A DNA stretch of 62,980 nt, filler included. It is 6 parts of 6 records of this genome, joined end to end, with 100 filler letters (N's around TTAATTAATTAA, not from the genome) between each part and the next. Parts side by side here need not be neighbours in the genome. Positions count along the whole stretch, not along the records: positions 26,229 to 40,678 come from DRR723986_9513; positions 40,779 to 47,903 come from DRR723986_9518; 4 more parts are not named here. The stretch is one strand, 5' to 3'. Position numbers and translations under genes: made by a program. This document shows positions 38,299 to 48,003 of this stretch, in pieces; within the stretch, counting starts at the first letter, position 1, and every line of letters starts with the position of its first letter. Below the pieces are notes generated by a model. That model worked only from the letters and a program-made list of their open reading frames with translations, was not told where the DNA came from and searched no databases.

Positions 38299-39738
38299 AT
38301 GAGATACACTCCCTTTCGTGTGATTGCGGTTGTCACGATAGCGTTCTGTTCAAGTCTTGCTGGTTTGCATGCAAGTGAACCGGATAGTATGGGTGCCTCT
38401 GGAGATATGGATGCCTCCGGTAATCCAAAGGCGGCGAAAGCGAACTGGCCAGGCTTTCGTGGGCCAGGAGGACGGGGGATCGCGACCGGCTACTCGACCG
38501 CTACACAGTGGGATGCAACGGATCCCGACGACCAAGCCATTCTTTGGAAAGTTGCCGTGCCTGGCCTCGGCCATTCCAGCCCAACTGTTTACGGCGATAA
38601 GGTTTTCCTGGCTACAGCGGTTTCTGCAACCGACGACGTTCCGCTTCAGGTAGGTCGAGCTGGAAATATCGATGCGGCCGACGACAACGGACAGCAATCA
38701 TGGCTGGTAATGTGCTTCGATAAGGCAACTGGTAAAGAGGTCTGGCGTCGCGAGGCTACCAACGGAGAACCCAAGGCTACTCGACATACCAAAGCGACGC
38801 ACGCCAACACGACCATTGCCGTGGACGACGAACGACTGGTCGCCTTTTTCGGTTCGGAAGGATGTTATTGCTACGACCATGATGGAAATCTATTGTGGCA
38901 GGAAGACCTGGGCAAGATTGACATCAGCAAGTACGGGATAGGTTGGGGGTATGCGAGTTCGCCGGCGATCCATGACGGCCGAGTCGTCTTAGTGTGTGAT
39001 GATCCGAGTCAGCCCTTTGTTGTTTGCCTGGACTTGACCGATGGCGAAGAGATCTGGCGACGCTCACGAGAAGGAGATAGCGAGAGAAGTTGGGGCACTG
39101 CACTGATTCATCCAGGTGAGAGCGGTCCGCAGGTGGTCGTCAACGGTTGGCCGTGGATTGTCGCTTATGATTTGGATTCGGGCGATGAGCGCTGGAGAAT
39201 TGCCGGTGGAGGCGACAATCCTACACCGACACCCTTCGCGATTGACGATCGGATCTACATCACCAACGCGCACGGTGGGAAGTCGCCCATTTACGTATTG
39301 CGCTCTGATGCAACTGGCAATTTGAGTGCTGATCAACAGACCGACGAGGATGCCGAGAGTGATACCAAGCCGGACAGTGTCATTTGGCAAGTCGATCGTG
39401 GTGGTAGTTATATGTCGACACCAGTTGTTTGGGGCGATTACCTGTATCTCGGCAATACCAACGGTGTGGTCCGTTGTTTTCACGCGCTGACTGGAGAGAA
39501 GATTTACGAGAAGCGCCTGCCTGGCGGAGCAGCCATTACGGCTTCGTTGGTGGCAGCAGACGACAAAGTCTACTGCCCTTCGGAGCAAGGGACTGTTTAC
39601 GTGCTGAAGGCCGGACGCGAGTTTGAGCTCCTTTCATCGAATCCGATGGGCGCTCCTTGTTTTGCCTCCCCTGCTCTCTCGGCAGGAACCATCTTCATTC
39701 GAACTTCAGAATCTCTCATCGCGGTCGGCCCCGAATAG
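38299..39738 (+). CDS. PQQ-like (BamB-like) beta-propeller protein of the planctomycete family
   Basis: NWPGFRGP, GHSSP, GYASSP, SWGT, YMSTP, FASPAL repeats; signal peptide. Confidence 0.9.
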   Translation: MRYTPFRVIAVVTIAFCSSLAGLHASEPDSMGASGDMDASGNPKAAKANWPGFRGPGGRGIATGYSTATQWDATDPDDQAILWKVAVPGLGHSSPTVYGDKVFLATAVSATDDVPLQVGRAGNIDAADDNGQQSWLVMCFDKATGKEVWRREATNGEPKATRHTKATHANTTIAVDDERLVAFFGSEGCYCYDHDGNLLWQEDLGKIDISKYGIGWGYASSPAIHDGRVVLVCDDPSQPFVVCLDLTDGEEIWRRSREGDSERSWGTALIHPGESGPQVVVNGWPWIVAYDLDSGDERWRIAGGGDNPTPTPFAIDDRIYITNAHGGKSPIYVLRSDATGNLSADQQTDEDAESDTKPDSVIWQVDRGGSYMSTPVVWGDYLYLGNTNGVVRCFHALTGEKIYEKRLPGGAAITASLVAADDKVYCPSEQGTVYVLKAGREFELLSSNPMGAPCFASPALSAGTIFIRTSESLIAVGPE

Positions 39739-39793
39739 GCGCAGATTGGTGTCTAATAGGATAGTTCTAGAATAGGAGTATCAAGTTAGCACC

Positions 39794-40625
39794 ATGGTCA
39801 GACCTTCTACTTTCTCCGCCCGAGCAAAAACGGCTTTGCTTCTGATTCCACTCTTGGGCGCCGCGGGTCTGCTGATTCTATGTGTTCCCGTTGGGTGGAG
39901 GACCCGCCCGTCTGAATGTTCGGTCGTTGGTGATAACATCGTTCGCGAAGAGCGACTTTGGGGGCGGACCAAGACTGTCGCTGTTAATTGGCGGACCGGA
40001 CAAGGACGAGTTGTTGAAGCGGATGACCAGACCGATCTGCGTGTTGTGCCGTACCGTGAACGGAACTCGCTCGGTGAGTCGATTCAAGGTTGAAGCAGAC
40101 ACCTTCGGGATTCAGTACTCAATCAAGGTGTTTGACGCTGACGGTCAGACAACACACGAACGCATTCTTGATTTTCCCAATTACCCGACACTGGTTAGCG
40201 ATGACTACCTGGTAGCCGCTTATGCAAAGACTCTCTTTGTAGCGGACATCCATTCAGTCGATAAAGTATTCACAGCGAAATGCACCGTTCGGGCAGAGCA
40301 AAGTATTGAATCTGTGGATGGATATGATCGATTTGTCAGCAGTGCGTCTACCCAGCAAGGGTTGTTTGCTGAGTTGTACGAAGTTGTCGATGGGAAACCA
40401 GTGATGATTTCTCGATGGCCAATAGCTTCCGCCTCTGCGATTGGAAGTCACAAAGGCAGAATCTATACGCTTGAAGAATCCGGCGACGCAACGTCTTTAC
40501 TGACAGTTGCAAGCGTCCGCGACTCCGACGGAAGCCTGTTGGACCAGATTCCGATTCCAGTGGACTTTACTCTAGGTAGCATTCGGATCCGACCCACAAA
40601 GACAAACTACAGAGAAGAGACCTGA
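39794..40625 (+). pseudogene. Hypothetical membrane-anchored protein, apparently frameshifted
   Basis: ORF 39794-40093 carries the N-terminal TM; overlapping ORF in another frame runs to 40625 without a good start. Confidence 0.35.
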
Positions 40626-40678
40626 CCCAGTTCCGCAAATCAGCCGCACGCCAGCGTGCGGTTCCTCCGGCTACGACG

Positions 40679-40778
40679 NNNNNNNNNNNNNNNNNNNNNN
40701 NNNNNNNNNNNNNNNNNNNNNNTTAATTAATTAANNNNNNNNNNNNNNNNNNNNNNNNNNNNNNNNNNNNNNNNNNNN
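40679..40778. other. Artificial contig spacer
   Basis: N44-TTAATTAATTAA-N44. Confidence 0.97.
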
Positions 40779-41603
40779 GTTGATCGCCCATTCCACCTTG
40801 CCCGGCGTGTTGAACTTCTCGCGGAAATCCACCGTCCCCGCGAAGGGCGCGTCGGCATAGGTGCTGGCGCTGCCCAGCGTCTCCGTCAGGTAGTCCGAGA
40901 GGCCGCCGGGAAAGTGGAAGGTCGCCTCGCAGGGGGTCTCTCCGTCGTCGATCTCGGACTTCCAGCGGATCTCGACGCCGGAGAAAAGATAGGCCTTCGA
41001 GCGCACCATCTTGAACAGGCGCGCGGGCTTAAACCTATGATGTCCAAAGATTTCTTCGTCCGCATGGAAGGTGACGGCGGTGCCGCGGCGGTTCGGCGCC
41101 TGACCCACCTTCGCGACCGGGCCAAGGGGAATCCCGCGCGAGAATCGCTGCTCGAAGAGTTCCTTGTTCTTGGCCACCTGCACCACCAGCGAATCCGACA
41201 GCGCGTTGACGACGGAGGCGCCGACGCCGTGCAGACCGCCCGAGGTCTCATAGGCATCGCCCGAGAACTTGCCGCCCGCGTGCAGCGTGCAGAGGATGAC
41301 CTCGAGCGCCGACTTGCCGGGGAACTTGGGGTGCGGGTCGATCGGGATGCCGCGCCCGTTGTCCCTGATTTCAATGGCATAATCGGCGTAGAGGATGATC
41401 TCGATCCGGTTGGCATGGCCCGCCACGGCCTCGTCCATGGAGTTGTCGAGCACCTCGGCCACGAGGTGATGCAGGGCGCGCTCGTCGGTGCCGCCGATAT
41501 ACATGCCGGGGCGCTTGCGGACCGGTTCCAGCCCCTCCAGCACCTCGATGGAAGAGGCGTCGTAGACAGGTTCCTTGGCGGAATGCAGGAGGTCGTCGGC
41601 CAT
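40779..41603 (-). CDS. parE: DNA topoisomerase IV subunit B (3' truncated)
   Basis: LEGLEPVRKRPGMYIGGTDERALHH, EVLDNSMDEAVAGHA, SGGLHGVGASVVNALS. Confidence 0.92.
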
Positions 41604-41985
41604 GTCTGGGGTCCCTCGGTGTGCTCGGTTTGTTCTGGTTGGTTGGGGTCGAAGTATGGCAGAGCGCGCGGCCGGGGTAAACGGGGCGCGCGGTGGCGTT
41701 GAGGCACCGCGCGCAGAGCGTTGCATCGCGGCATATGGGCGCGGATTTCGCGCCTGTTAACGGTTTGTTGTGTCGTGAACCGGCCGGTTCGAAGCGGCAA
41801 ACCGGCCGTTTCGCCGGTTACGAAAAGGTTAAGGCGAGAAATGTGGTTAACGCGCGGATTCGTCCCGGTGGCGGGGGCCGTCGCGGCCCGCATCCCTCCG
41901 CCGCCCTCAAGCGCCGGAGCGGTCCCGCCCCGGCAAGGCGTCGTGCACCCTTGCCAAGGGCAAGGGCTTCCGCAACTCTCGGCCC

Positions 41986-42672
41986 ATGCGCATCATCGCC
42001 CTTCTCGCCCTTTTGCTTGTCGCTGCCTGCGGGCGCCCCCTGACCCCGTCCGAGACGGCCTACCTGCAGGCGATCCACGGCGAGGCGCTGGACACCCGCC
42101 GGATGCGGCTGACCAACGGCCATTTCGCCGGGGCCATCACCTATGAGATCCCGGTCCGCCCGCGCACCACCTGTCAGGAGAGGATCTGGCCACCGTTGAC
42201 AGAGGCGCAGACGGTCACGGTCTCTCCGGCGGCGACGGTGCTCTTCAATCGGGTGTTGATGCGCAAGGACGTCTATCGGCGCGATTTCCTGAAGGGCTGG
42301 CCGGGGTCGGTGGATCTGTTCGACGCCATGCTGCTGGCGCATGAGGCGACCCACGTCTGGCAATGGCAGAACCGCGCCCGCACCGGCTACAGCCCGCTGA
42401 AGGCGCTGAACGAGCATGTCACCAGCCGCGACCCCTATCTGTTCGATGCGGATCAGCCCCGGGATTTTCTGGAATTCGGCTATGAGCAGCAGGGCAGCAT
42501 CGTCGAGGAATATGTCTGCTGCCGCCTGCTCGATCCGAAGGCGCCCCGGACGGAGCGCCTTCGTCTGATGATCTCGAAACACATGCCCATCGACCGGCTG
42601 GATCGGGCCATCGACCGGCCGATGATCCGCGTCCCGTGGGACGGGTTGCAGACCGAGGGCATCTGCCGTTAG
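41986..42672 (+). CDS. Lipoprotein with HEXXH zinc-metallopeptidase-like motif
   Basis: LVAAC lipobox; LAHEATHVWQ; downstream YEQQG. Confidence 0.75.
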   Translation: MRIIALLALLLVAACGRPLTPSETAYLQAIHGEALDTRRMRLTNGHFAGAITYEIPVRPRTTCQERIWPPLTEAQTVTVSPAATVLFNRVLMRKDVYRRDFLKGWPGSVDLFDAMLLAHEATHVWQWQNRARTGYSPLKALNEHVTSRDPYLFDADQPRDFLEFGYEQQGSIVEEYVCCRLLDPKAPRTERLRLMISKHMPIDRLDRAIDRPMIRVPWDGLQTEGICR

Positions 42673-42902
42673 AGCGCGCGGTCGTTGCGATAGGCCGGAT
42701 CGTCGCCCAGCTTGGTCTGCCAGCGCGACAGCTCGCGTTCGGCCTCTTCGCGGGTGCGGCCGTATTTCTCCTGGATCAGGCCGAGCATCTGCTCGCGCTC
42801 GCCCTGCGCCTCCTGGATTTCGTTGTCGGTCAGCTCACCCCATTCTTCGCGGGCCTTGCCTTTGAATTGCGTCCATTTGCCTTGAATCTGGTCCCAGTTC
42901 AT
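42669..42902 (-). CDS. CsbD-family general stress protein
   Basis: MNWDQIQGKWTQFKGKAREEWGELTD...IQEKYG; AGGAG RBS. Confidence 0.95.
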   Translation of the reverse strand: MNWDQIQGKWTQFKGKAREEWGELTDNEIQEAQGEREQMLGLIQEKYGRTREEAERELSRWQTKLGDDPAYRNDRAL

Positions 42903-43085
42903 AGCGAACTCCTTTCGCGTTCGGGTCTGCCTGTAGAACCCCCGGGACCGGGGCGCGGTTCCCGCGCTGCTTGTCTCGGCGGCAGTTTGCTCACGTTCGC
43001 GTCAGGGCGCGGCCCGAAGCGCCCGCGCCGCTGGTCAGACGGGCCGGGCCGGGTAAGCTGGAGGCGGCGACAGGAGGGGTACGGG

Positions 43086-43817
43086 ATGCGGGTCTTCATG
43101 GCGGTGGCGGCGGCGGCGGTGGTCTGGGCGGGCATGGCCCCGGCGCAGGACACCGACCTCGAACTGGTGTTGCTGGCGGATGCCTCGGGCAGCATCGACG
43201 CGGGCGAGATCGCGTTGCAGCGGCAGGGCTACGCGCAGGCGATCACCGACCCGGCAGTGCTGGCGGCGATCCGCAACACCGCCTACGGGACCATCGCCGT
43301 GACCTATGTGGAATGGGCCGCGAACCAGGCGGTGGTGGCGGATTGGCGGCTCATCGACGGGCCGGAGGCGGCAGAGGCCTTCGCCGCCGAGTTGCTGGCG
43401 ACGCCCCGCCTTGCCTACGGGCGCAACGCCATCGGCGCGGCGCTGATCGAGGCGGTGCGGCTGATGGAGACGAACGCCCATGACGGCTGGCGGCGGGTGA
43501 TCGACTTTTCCGGCGACAGCATGGGCAATTTCTCGGGGCCGTCGATCGCCGAGGGGCGGGCGCAGGCGCTGGCGGCGGGGGCCACGATCAACGGCCTGCC
43601 GATCCTGCGCCCGGGCGATCCGGGCCGGGCGGGGGGCGGGCTGGAGGCACTGTACGAGCAGCACATCATCGGCGGGCCGGGCGCCTTCGTGGTCACGGCG
43701 ACCGACCGGGGCGCCTTTGCCGAGGCGGTGAAGCGCAAGCTGATCCTCGAGATCTCCGGAACGCTGCCGGTGCGGCGGCTGGCCATGGACCGGCCCGCGC
43801 CGGGGGATGCGCGCTAG
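43086..43817 (+). CDS. DUF1194 (VWA-like) exported protein
   Basis: LELVLLADASGSID, QRQGYA, VEW, RRVIDFSGD, INGL, IGGPGAF, KLILEI. Confidence 0.9.
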   Translation: MRVFMAVAAAAVVWAGMAPAQDTDLELVLLADASGSIDAGEIALQRQGYAQAITDPAVLAAIRNTAYGTIAVTYVEWAANQAVVADWRLIDGPEAAEAFAAELLATPRLAYGRNAIGAALIEAVRLMETNAHDGWRRVIDFSGDSMGNFSGPSIAEGRAQALAAGATINGLPILRPGDPGRAGGGLEALYEQHIIGGPGAFVVTATDRGAFAEAVKRKLILEISGTLPVRRLAMDRPAPGDAR

Positions 43818-45334
43818 ACGACGCGGGTCAGATGCGCGGCGGGCGGGGCGCTTTCCTGCGGCCATGCCACCGGCTGCCCGTCGGCGTGGAGCTGCGCGAA
43901 GCCGCGTCCGCAGTGCCGCGGATTGGCCAGAAGCACCAGCGCCCGCCCGTCGAGATCGCGCAGGGCAAGCCGGGCGCTGCGGTTGTCGCGCTCCAGCCGG
44001 TCGCGCAGCAGGTGCAGGGCGATGGCCTGCCCCAGCCGCATGTCCGCAAAGGCTTCGGACGGCAGGCAGGCGCCGGAGATCACCCGCGCCCGGGCAATGT
44101 CGCGCAGCAGCCTGTCGGCCTCGTCGGCCATGCCCGGCGCGGCGGCCCCGATCCGGTGCAGCGCCTGCGCCTCGGGATAGACCAGCGCCTTCAGAAGCGT
44201 CCCGAGCGCGCCCGCGACGACCACATGAGCCGCGGTGTCGGCGGGGCCGTGTTCGAGGGTGCTCAGCCCGGCCAGCGGCAGGAACAGCGCCAGCCCGGGG
44301 CGACGCAGCCCGCGCCGGGCCGCATTGGTGCGGCTGACCCAGTGCAGCAGGCGCGGCGCGTGATCGGCCAGCATCTCGGCGGCGGCGCGGTATTCGGCAT
44401 GGGCGGGGGCGGCTTCACGCTCTTGCCGGGTCAGCCAGAGCGTCATGCGCGCGGCGGTCACCGCCGGTCGGGGCAGCCGGTCGCGGCAAAGCGCCTGCGT
44501 CCCGGCCATGCGCCGCGCGCGGGTCTCGGCCTCGGCCATCAGGGCCAGAAGGCGCGGCCCGGTCCAGGGCTCATGCGCCGAGCCGGGACCAAGGGGCAGC
44601 GCGCCGCGCGCCAGCGCCGCGAGGGCGGCGTGGTGGAAGGGGCGCGCGGCGGGGATCCGGGGCAGCGCCCGCGCAAGATCGCCCGGGCAGGAGGGCGCGC
44701 CGGCCTTGGCAGGCGGGCCGGGCCGCCGCAGCGCCGCCCCGCTGGTCACGGCGCACCACGCCTGCCACGCCGCCATCGGCGCGGTCTCCGCAGGCATCGG
44801 CGCGGGCTTGGCTCCGGCGACCCCGCCCGCGTCGTGGTCATCGTCCCAGAGGCGCGAGGCCGCCGGGGTCGCGCCGCGCAGCGCCACGCCCGAGCGCATG
44901 AGCGTGCGCAGGGTCAACTGGCCATCGCCGTTCCAGCACAGGGCGCGGCGATGGCCAGCCCCACCCTCCCCCCCGGAGGCGGGGGCGCCAAGCTCTGCGC
45001 TTGCGACCGCCGACCCGGCATCGAACCACGGTAGGTTGCGCAACTCGCACAGAAGCTCGTGCAGGGTGAAAGACGTGCCGCGATCGACGCGCAGGGTGCC
45101 ATGGGCATCCGCCAGCGCCGCGTCCGGCAGGTCGCGCAGCAGCGACAGCGCCCAGAGTTCGGCCATGTCGCCCGCAAGGGCCACCGGCCCCGGATTGGGC
45201 GGCGACAGGGGCCGCAGGGCCGCGCGATCCGCCCCCCTTTCGGGCAGGGCGCCGCCCTCGATCACCGAAAGCCGTGGTCCCGCGCCCTTGGCGACGCTCT
45301 CCCTTGTCCCGGCCCGATCCAACATGCTGTCCAC
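43814..45334 (-). CDS. Degenerate vanadium-dependent haloperoxidase-like protein
   Basis: Collinear blocks resembling bacterial V-bromoperoxidases: DMAELWALSLLRDLP, GPRLLALMAEAETRA, RLPRP, AAHVVVAGALGTLLKA, ARARVISGACLPSE, MRLGQAIA. Confidence 0.65.
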   Translation of the reverse strand: MDSMLDRAGTRESVAKGAGPRLSVIEGGALPERGADRAALRPLSPPNPGPVALAGDMAELWALSLLRDLPDAALADAHGTLRVDRGTSFTLHELLCELRNLPWFDAGSAVASAELGAPASGGEGGAGHRRALCWNGDGQLTLRTLMRSGVALRGATPAASRLWDDDHDAGGVAGAKPAPMPAETAPMAAWQAWCAVTSGAALRRPGPPAKAGAPSCPGDLARALPRIPAARPFHHAALAALARGALPLGPGSAHEPWTGPRLLALMAEAETRARRMAGTQALCRDRLPRPAVTAARMTLWLTRQEREAAPAHAEYRAAAEMLADHAPRLLHWVSRTNAARRGLRRPGLALFLPLAGLSTLEHGPADTAAHVVVAGALGTLLKALVYPEAQALHRIGAAAPGMADEADRLLRDIARARVISGACLPSEAFADMRLGQAIALHLLRDRLERDNRSARLALRDLDGRALVLLANPRHCGRGFAQLHADGQPVAWPQESAPPAAHLTRVV

Positions 45335-45368
45335 CCCCGCTGGCAGTCCGCGCCACCCCCGGCGCCGC

Positions 45369-45384
45369 TTGACGATACGTTAAC
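45369..45384. promoter_or_regulatory. CtrA-like box
   Basis: TTGA-CGATACG-TTAAC, one mismatch to TTAA-N7-TTAAC, in very GC-rich DNA. Confidence 0.4.
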
Positions 45385-45608
45385 GGCACTTTGCGCCCGG
45401 CCCGTGAACGCTCCGCAATCATAGCGCAAATCCCGCGTGATCGGACCGCGATTTTCGCGTCTGCCGCTTTGCAGGGCACCCGACCCCTGCGTGAACCCGG
45501 CGCAAATTCCCCCTGCCGCCGCGCGGGTCGGGGCCGCCTTCCTTGACGCAGCCCCGGCAAGGGCGTTCACTCGGGCGCATCCGCCACGGGGAGACTGGAG
45601 CCTTCGCA

Positions 45609-47696
45609 ATGCCCGGATCATGGACAGAGCCGCGCGACTGGCCGTTTCGCGACCCCTATCTCGACTGGAGCCGCCATCTGGCGGAGCGCCGCGCCCCCCT
45701 GCCCCCCGCCGACCCGGAGACGGGCCCGGCGCTGGAGCCGGTCTTCGTGACCCTGCGGGCGCCGCTGGAGAGCGCGCGGCAGAGGCTGCTGGATCTCGTG
45801 TCCGACCCCGCGCAACCGCTGTGGATGGACCCGCACGAGACGGCGCGGCTGCGCGACCGCCTGTCCGGCACCGCCGACCTGCCGGACGATTACGCGCTGT
45901 ACCGCAGGCTGGGCACGCCCGACAGCGACCACGCCGACCTCTTCGAGGTGCTCGACACGGGGATGCCCGTCACAGGTGCCTCTGTTGCGGGCGGGGCTGT
46001 CACGGGCGGAGCGACCGGGGTCGGGAGCCTGCCCGAAGCCGAGGGCCCGACCGCCCTGCCCGCCCCCGAGGCGCTGCCCGAGGGCACGCCGATCATGGCC
46101 CTGATCGACGACGGCATCGGCTATCTGAACGCCCGGTTCTGCGCGGCCCGGTCCGGCGCCCTGAAGACCCGGTTCCGCGCGCTCTGGCTGCAATCGCTGG
46201 AGCGCTTCTCGCTCGAGACCACCCGGATCACCTGCGGCGCGGTGCTGGACGCCGCCGCGCTCGATGGGCTTCTGGCGCGCGGCGACGAGCGCGCCGCCTA
46301 TGCCGGGGTGAACGCCGCGCTCTACGGGCTGCAGGCGCGGCGCGAGACCGGCTTTGCCACGACCCACGGCACCCATGTCCTCGACCTTGCCGCCGGGGCC
46401 GATCCGCTGGATGACACCGACCCGGTGCGCGGCTGGCCGCTGCTGGGGGTGCAACTGCCGCCCGAAGCCATCGACGACACCTCTGGGACGGTGTTCGAAT
46501 CCTACATGGTGCAGGGGCTGCGCTGGCTTCTGCGACAGGCCGGGGCGCTGTGCCCGAGCGCGCCGGTGATCGTGAACCTGTCGCTGGGGATCACCGCCGG
46601 CCCCAAGGACGGCACCCGCTTCGTCGAGCACCAGATGGCCCGCGAGGCCGCCGCGTGGGAGCGCGCGACCGGCCAGCCGGTGCGGCTGGTCTGGGCCTTC
46701 GGCAACAACTACCACGGCAATCAGGTGGCGCGGTACGGCTTTGCCGGGGACTGTGGCGATGCGGCGCGCGTCCGCCACATCGGCTGGCGCGCCCAGCCCG
46801 ACGACGAGACCGCCAGCTACCTCGAGATCCGCGGGACCGGGGCGGTGGCGGTGTCTCTGGCGGCGCCGGACGGGACGGAGTCTGGGTTCGTGCCGCTGGC
46901 CCCCGGGCAGGTCCGCACGCTGGAGCAGGGCGGCCGGGCGCTGGCGCGGCTTTACCATGTGCCGGAGCGCCGCTTTCCCGGCGGCGTGGTCAGCCCCGCG
47001 CATCACGTGCTGGCGCTGGCGCCGACGCGCGGGCGCAAGCCGTCCGAGCCGGTGGCCCCGGCGGGATGCTGGACCGTCGGGCTGCGCCACGAGGGCGCGG
47101 AGGCGGCGCGGGTGGTGCTTCAGGTGCAGCGCGACGATGCCATGCGCGGCGGTCTGCTGCGCGGCCGCCAGTCCTACCTCGACTGCGCGGGCAACGATCC
47201 GTGGGACCCGGAGGAGATGGCCTATGTGGGCCATGCGGCAGAGGGCCCGATCCGCCCGGAGGGCAGCCACGGCGCCGACCTGACCTCGCCGGCGCGGCAG
47301 GTGTTGTCCTGCGGCGCGGTGCGGGTCTCGGGCCGGATCGCCACCCGCCGCAGCGCCGAGAACTTCCGCCCCTCGGGCTATACCGCCGCGGGGGCGGGTT
47401 GGTCGATCGCGGGGCCGACCGCCTCGACCGTGGCGGATACCGGGACCTTCCAGTCGGGCATCCGGGCGGCGGGCACCCTCTCGGGCACGGTCCGCAGCCT
47501 GAACGGCACGAGCGCCGCGGCGGGGCGGCTCAGCCGCGCGCTCGGGCAGTCGGCGGCGCGGATCGTCCGGAACGCGGGCGACCCGGCGACGGTGCAGATC
47601 GACGATATCGACGCGGAGAAGGTGCCGATGGTGCCGACCGAGGCGCGGGATCACGCCCGGCTGGGGCCGAGGATCGTGCTGCCGGGCAAGCGGTAG
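45609..47696 (+). CDS. Subtilisin-like (S8) serine peptidase without signal peptide
   Basis: ALIDDGIG (Asp), THGTHVLDLAAG (His), VNLSLG, AFGN (oxyanion Asn), NGTSAAA (Ser); GGAG RBS before ATG 45609. Confidence 0.8.
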   Translation: MPGSWTEPRDWPFRDPYLDWSRHLAERRAPLPPADPETGPALEPVFVTLRAPLESARQRLLDLVSDPAQPLWMDPHETARLRDRLSGTADLPDDYALYRRLGTPDSDHADLFEVLDTGMPVTGASVAGGAVTGGATGVGSLPEAEGPTALPAPEALPEGTPIMALIDDGIGYLNARFCAARSGALKTRFRALWLQSLERFSLETTRITCGAVLDAAALDGLLARGDERAAYAGVNAALYGLQARRETGFATTHGTHVLDLAAGADPLDDTDPVRGWPLLGVQLPPEAIDDTSGTVFESYMVQGLRWLLRQAGALCPSAPVIVNLSLGITAGPKDGTRFVEHQMAREAAAWERATGQPVRLVWAFGNNYHGNQVARYGFAGDCGDAARVRHIGWRAQPDDETASYLEIRGTGAVAVSLAAPDGTESGFVPLAPGQVRTLEQGGRALARLYHVPERRFPGGVVSPAHHVLALAPTRGRKPSEPVAPAGCWTVGLRHEGAEAARVVLQVQRDDAMRGGLLRGRQSYLDCAGNDPWDPEEMAYVGHAAEGPIRPEGSHGADLTSPARQVLSCGAVRVSGRIATRRSAENFRPSGYTAAGAGWSIAGPTASTVADTGTFQSGIRAAGTLSGTVRSLNGTSAAAGRLSRALGQSAARIVRNAGDPATVQIDDIDAEKVPMVPTEARDHARLGPRIVLPGKR

Positions 47697-47760
47697 GGTC
47701 AGAGCGGCGGGGGGCCGGACGCCGAAGCCTTCCCTGCGGGTCGGCCACTCGGGGTTTGTC

Positions 47761-47885
47761 GAGGCAGGCGCGACGGGGGTGCGACACCTTCGGGGCAAGG
47801 CACGGTGGGGCGGTCGAGGCTGCCACGCGGGGTCCGCAGAGGTAGGCGCGGCGGGGCACGACACCTTCGGCGCAACGGACGGTGG
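47761..47885. repeat. Imperfect direct repeat, two ~48-nt copies
   Basis: 47761-47808 and 47839-47885 share GAGG.AGGCGCG..GGGG..CGACACCTTCGG.GCAA...ACGGTGG. Confidence 0.75.
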
Positions 47886-47903
47886 CCCTGCCGGACCGGC
47901 CAT

Positions 47904-48003
47904 NNNNNNNNNNNNNNNNNNNNNNNNNNNNNNNNNNNNNNNNNNNNTTAATTAATTAANNNNNNNNNNNNNNNNNNNNNNNNNNNNNNNNNNNNNNNNN
48001 NNN
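47904..48003. other. Artificial contig spacer
   Basis: N44-TTAATTAATTAA-N44. Confidence 0.97.

Noticed and set aside
40779-41603. gyrB as alternative identity
   Set aside because: GGTDERALHH and DEAVAGHA signatures fit alphaproteobacterial ParE better
47761-47885. Possible CRISPR array
   Set aside because: Only two imperfect copies, with no cas genes or leader in the piece
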